Assembly (NCBI RefSeq): GCF_009914755.1
Contig: NC_060929.1
Length of the DNA: 64,000 nt
Source: the human T2T-CHM13v2.0 reference genome, Homo sapiens
Strand: one strand, 5' to 3'
Part shown: positions 59,464 to 64,000 of the stretch, piece by piece
Layout of the letters: every line of letters begins with the position of its first letter
Numbering within the stretch: position 1 is the first letter of the stretch
Notes under the pieces: model-generated
Database searches by the model: none
What the model was told of the DNA's origin: nothing
What the model saw: only the letters and a program-made list of their open reading frames with translations
Translations under genes and position numbers: made by a program

Positions 59464-59927
59464 GTAAGAAAAATAAGCATTAAATGGAAACCATGACTTA
59501 CATTTCGTTAACAATGCTTTTGTATATCTAGAGCCTTATTTTGAGGCAGTCAGTGAATTTTGCAAATCATTTTATCCAAAGAGGTTTCCTGTTTTTCTGC
59601 AGTTATTTGCATCGATTGAAGTGTAGAACTTGAACCGTAATTGAAAAACTTAAAATGCAGTTTCCATCATTTGTATGCTGTTATTAAAATTCAGGTAATT
59701 GTAAAAGATTTGAAAATATGAACTGCTTGGAAAGCTAATTTGTCATCATCTCTGTTTTTCGTTTTATCATCTCAGACATTTTGTATGAAGAAAAAATACT
59801 CATTTATATGATAGCTCAAAGGAATGAATAAAATTTTGCAACTGAATTCTACTAAATAATTACATTGCCAGTATTTCTGATAAATTATCTTCAGGAAATT
59901 ATTCGAGATTAAAAATTGTCTGTCTAG

Positions 59928-60050
59928 GTTGACAGTAGCGCTGAGTCAGCAGAAGCTGCCTGTGATATACTCTCTCAGCTGGTAAATTGTTCCATCCAGA
60001 CCTTGGGCTTGATTTCAACAGCCAAGCCAAGTTTCATGAATGTGTCGGAG
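59928..60050 (+). pseudogene. FBXL21P: FBXL21P second coding exon (123 nt, intact)
   Basis: tctag|GTTGAC...TCGGAG|gtaagg; encodes [41 protein letters not shown]. Confidence 0.93.
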
Positions 60051-60439
60051 GTAAGGATATTATGCGTTTTTGGTGAGCTATACTAAAATCCCTAAAGACT
60101 GCCAAACTAGGCAAAAGCCATTTTTTTCCTAAAGACAGACCATCTCCTATTTGTATTCAAAGTATTATTTAAAGCTGTTTTCTGTTGACTAGCACTTATT
60201 TTTGCAAAAATAGTTTATGCATGTTTTCATTCTTTAGATATATTTTGTAACTGTAGTCATGGTTACCACAGTGTCATTAATATAAAATTTGGATATTGTG
60301 CTTATTCTACTTAAATAACAATTTATGTAGTTACTTTGAACATAGAGCATGTAGAGGCAATAGTGGGTGTTTTTCCTGTGATTCTGTGGCCTGTCTTTTG
60401 GAGGTGGAACAATATAATATTTAACTAAATGAACTACGC

Positions 60440-60900
60440 TTGTTAGCATGATGTTTACATTCATGCAGTAGAAACTCCAAAACAAAAGTGGTTTAAAAAC
60501 ATGATCAAAGTATATTTCTCTCACATTAAAGAAATTGATAGGTGAGACAGTCCATAGCTGGTATGAAGGTGGTAGGAACCTAGGTTTCTTCCAGCCACTC
60601 CACTCTCTCCAGGGTGTTTCTTCAAGATGACCATCTGAGCTCTGACCATCACATCCTTGCTCTGGGGGCTAGGATGTTAGAAATGGGGGAAGAAGGGTGT
60701 GCCTTCTCCTTATCAAGGAGACTACCCGTAAGTACCACACAGTGTTTCTGTTTACCTCTAAGTCTGGCCACACCAGATTCCAGGGAGTCTGGGGAATCTT
60801 TGAGCTGGGTGGCAGTGTGCCCAGCTAAAAATTGGGACTGGATTAACAAACAAAGGAAAAATGGTTGCCAGCAAGCAGCCAGCCACACTCTGCCATAGAA
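60440..60900 (-). mobile_element. MLT1-like LTR in an FBXL21P intron
   Basis: agtggtttaaa...tttctctcaca...ccaca...cagggagtctggggaat...gtgcccagctaaaaatt...ctgcca. Confidence 0.55.
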
Positions 60901-62367
60901 ACTCATACCGTATTCTCCTCATTCAGGCTTCAACCTGAATGCCATCTCCTTGGAGAGCCCCTCCTTAACCATTGTGAAAATGGCACCTCCTGCTCCAGTA
61001 ATAATGTACTCTACCATTACATTATTTTTATCTTCTTCATGTCATTCATCAGTACTTGAAACCACCTTATTTATTTAATGTGTTTATTCTCTTCTCCTTA
61101 TACCAAACATAAACTCATTGAAGGCAGAGATTCTATTTTGTTTACCATTATAAACCCAGAGTCAGAATAGTACCTGATATATGATAGGCATTAAATTATG
61201 GTAGTTGGTAAAGCTGGCTAATGGAAATTTTCCTATGGAGGAGGATAGAGGAATAGCAGCCTCTCTCTTATAAACTGAGTCATGGCACTCTTCTAGCAAG
61301 TATTTTTGCTGGCCTGTTTATCTTCTAAAGGGATGTGCTGAAAAAAAATGGGTCATTTAGGGATTAGAGTAATGTAAGTAATCTGATGAAATTTACCACT
61401 TCTAGATAGTTATTTCCTTGTTTATGAACTACAGAATCCGATTACCCTGAAATTCTTCTTATATTCTAAAAGCTGTCTCTAATGTTGCACATCAGCTTCC
61501 AGGGCCAGCTTCTAGGTTAGCTGATGCAGTCACCAGAGCTAGATACCAGGAATTAATTAGCAAGCTTCATTTCAAGCTCTGCCTCTACTGTTTAAAGTAA
61601 TCTCTGTGGCTTCTGGCAAGACCACAGATCTCTCTGAGACTCAGTTTTTTTAATCTGTTAACTAAGGAAAAATAAAAGTATAGCATTTTGCTAAGCATAA
61701 ATAGTACTAAACTAATATATTGCTATTATAATGAAATATGTACTCTAATGTTTTTTAAAGTCGTCCTTCAGGACTAAAGCAGTCAGTTGACAATTGATTA
61801 AAGGGAAACTAAACCTTGTATTTATATTCCCCTAATAATTTTGGCACCATAAAATTTACAGAAGAAGTTTAGCCTTGTACCATTTGAAAATATGTGCAAA
61901 CCGGTTTACAATTAGTATAAATCAATATGTTTTCTTATAAATTAATGAACATTTATAACCAATTTGGTCATTCTGTTAGGCATAATAGAACCTTTGGTAG
62001 AATCCAAATTGATTGATTTTAAAAAGGGAAAAGTGATCATGTACAGATTTGGTTTCCAGACTTTCTATCTTTGCCAAAAAATACTGAATCTGAAAATTTC
62101 TGAAATTCTACTCATTTTCAGATCAAACTAGAAGTAAGCTTTAGTCTATCAGTCTTCAAAGCATATACGACTTGGATTTACTTTGGATAATTGGCTAGGA
62201 AAAGCATGTCACTGAAGATTGTGAAATCTTATAAAATGAATTAAAACCTCATTTATTCATTCAACAAATTTTTATCATCCATTTGCCGTGCTATGTGCCA
62301 GATACTATTTTAGGTGCTAGAGATACGGGAGTGGATAAATCAGATAAAAATTCTGTTTCTTCTAGGG

Positions 62368-62676
62368 CAGGGGTCAAAAATACTCAGATAGCAAATATTT
62401 CAGGCTTTGGGGGCCAAGTAGTTACGCTGTGACTACTCAACTCTAACACTGGAGTCTGAAAGCAGACACAGACAATATTTAAATAAAGGGCATGGCTGTG
62501 TTCCCATCAGACTGTATTTAGGGACACTGAAATTCAAGTTTATTTCATGTCATAAAATATTATTCTTTAAAAAATTTTTCCAACCATTTAAAAATACAAA
62601 AGGCATTCTTAGTGAGCCATACAGAAGCAGACCATGGGCTGGATTTGGCAAGTTGTCTGTAATCTACCAACCCCTG
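62368..62676. mobile_element. MER58B-like hAT DNA transposon
   Basis: CAGGGG...CCCCTG termini with an 8-bp TSD ttctaggg/ttctagga. Confidence 0.82.
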
Positions 62677-62995
62677 TTCTAGGAAATAAATATATAATAA
62701 TCATGTCCTTCTAATATTGAAAACCAAATCCTTAATTGAAGTAATTGGAAGACATGTTTTATGAAATCTTTGAAGCTTTTTTTTCTCACTATTTCATTTA
62801 TCAATTATAAAAAGTATAAAACTATACTTCATTATAAAAATATCTTCTACTAGAAAATGATTCTGTAGAAACAGCCGTATGTTCATGGTTCTTACTATGT
62901 TATCATTAGCATGTATTGATATAGTTTTAATGAATTACTTAAAGCTGTACATTTTAAAATAATGTTTTCATAATTTTTTCTTATTGCCATGCAAG

Positions 62996-63164
62996 TCTCA
63001 TTTTGTGTCAGCACTTACAGTTTTTATCAACTCAAAATCATTATCATCAATCAAAATTGAAGATACACCAGTGGATGATCCTTCATTGAAGATTCTTGTG
63101 GCCAATAATAGTGACACTCTAAGACTCCTAAAGATGAGTAGCTGTCCTCATGTTTCATCTGATG
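62996..63164 (+). pseudogene. FBXL21P: FBXL21P third coding exon, donor defective
   Basis: gcaag|TCTCAT...TCTGATG|atgggt; encodes [14 protein letters not shown]...CPHVSSD. Confidence 0.88.
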
Positions 63165-63531
63165 ATGGGTTACATTTTTTAAAGCTAGAATGATATGATA
63201 TTTTTATTACAATAACTATAAAGATGCAATTTCCTTTTGAAAATTATATACCTATGAAGCATAAATTATTTAAGTTTTTTCAAAAGATTTCTTAATCTGC
63301 AAGGTAGGTATAGTTATAGTAAGTTTCTCCTGAGATATTTTAATTTTACATATATACATATGCTTTTCATTATATACATAATACCTCCTGGCAGCCATGC
63401 TCTCAGAAGTTGTTATTAGATAGCTATTTTCACAAATAATGAATAATTAATATTAAATTTAAATTTACAAAATATTATATTAGGATCAGTATGATTCTTT
63501 GTTCTTGAGAATTTTCCCCAACTTCCCACAG

Positions 63532-64000
63532 GAATTCTTTGTGTAGCTGACCGTTGTCAAGGCCTTAGAGAACTGGCGTTGAATTATTACATCCTAACTG
63601 ATGAACTTTTCCTTGCACTCTCAAGCGAGACTCATGTTAACCTTGAACATCTTCGAATTGACGTTGTGAGTGAAAATCCTGGACAGATTAAATTTCATGC
63701 TGTTAAAAAACACAGTTGGGATGCACTTATTAAACATTCCCCTAGAGTTAATGTTGTTATGCACTTCTTTCTATATGAAGAGGAATTCGAGACGTTCTTC
63801 AAAGAAGAAACCCCTGTTACTCACCTTTATTTTGGTCGTTCAGTCAGCAAAGTGGTTTTAGGACGGGTAGGTCTCAACTGTCCTCGACTGATTGAGTTAG
63901 TGGTGTGTGCTAATGATCTTCAGCCTCTTGATAATGAACTTATTTGTATTGCTGAACACTGTACAAACCTAACAGCCTTGGGCCTCAGCAAATGTGAAGT
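63532..64000 (+). pseudogene. FBXL21P: FBXL21P last coding exon (LRR region), frame open to the window end
   Basis: cccacag|GA ATT CTT TGT...; encodes [50 protein letters not shown]...[14 protein letters not shown] with no stops. Confidence 0.93.

Larger units (their letters stand above)
59098..64000 (+). pseudogene. FBXL21P: FBXL21P, F-box/LRR protein 21 (FBXL3 paralog); intron-containing, disabled, and continuing past the window end
   Basis: Exons 59097-59463, 59928-60050, 62996-63164 and 63532->64000 translate to [11 protein letters not shown]...[31 protein letters not shown] (F-box)...[22 protein letters not shown]...[32 protein letters not shown]...[13 protein letters not shown]...[12 protein letters not shown]. 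Disabled by the stop at codon 56 and a mutated donor. Confidence 0.95.

Noticed and set aside
63165-63531. Possible U12-type (AT-AC) intron explaining the AT donor
   Set aside because: The 5' end is ATGGGT, not ATATCCT, and the 3' end is a normal CAG.

Overview
This is primate DNA, very likely human, matching the 5q31 interval SLC25A48 - IL9 - FBXL21P. The identification comes from recalled protein sequences and Alu/L1/MIR content; no database search was run. The window holds: (1) the last coding exon and probable 3'-UTR exon of SLC25A48 (+); (2) the complete five-exon IL9 gene (-; 144 aa, all GT-AG junctions checked by hand) with promoter, AU-rich 3'UTR and an intron-4 (AC)25 repeat; (3) about 34 kb of repeat-rich intergenic DNA (Alu, MIR, L1, L2, MLT/ERV LTRs, a near-full-length Tigger1, MADE1, hAT elements) with candidate IL9 enhancers; and (4) a CpG island followed by four exons of the circadian F-box gene FBXL21 (+), which runs off the window end. 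This FBXL21 copy has an in-frame TAA at codon 56, an AT in place of the GT splice donor, and an apparent one-codon deletion. There is no CRISPR, rRNA or tRNA, and I cannot support a wholly new biological system. The most unusual items are the FBXL21 lesions, a ~50-nt templated insertion inside a microsatellite, a 60-nt duplication upstream of IL9, and a telomere-variant (GGGTCA)n tract. Repeat subfamily names and boundaries are by eye and approximate.
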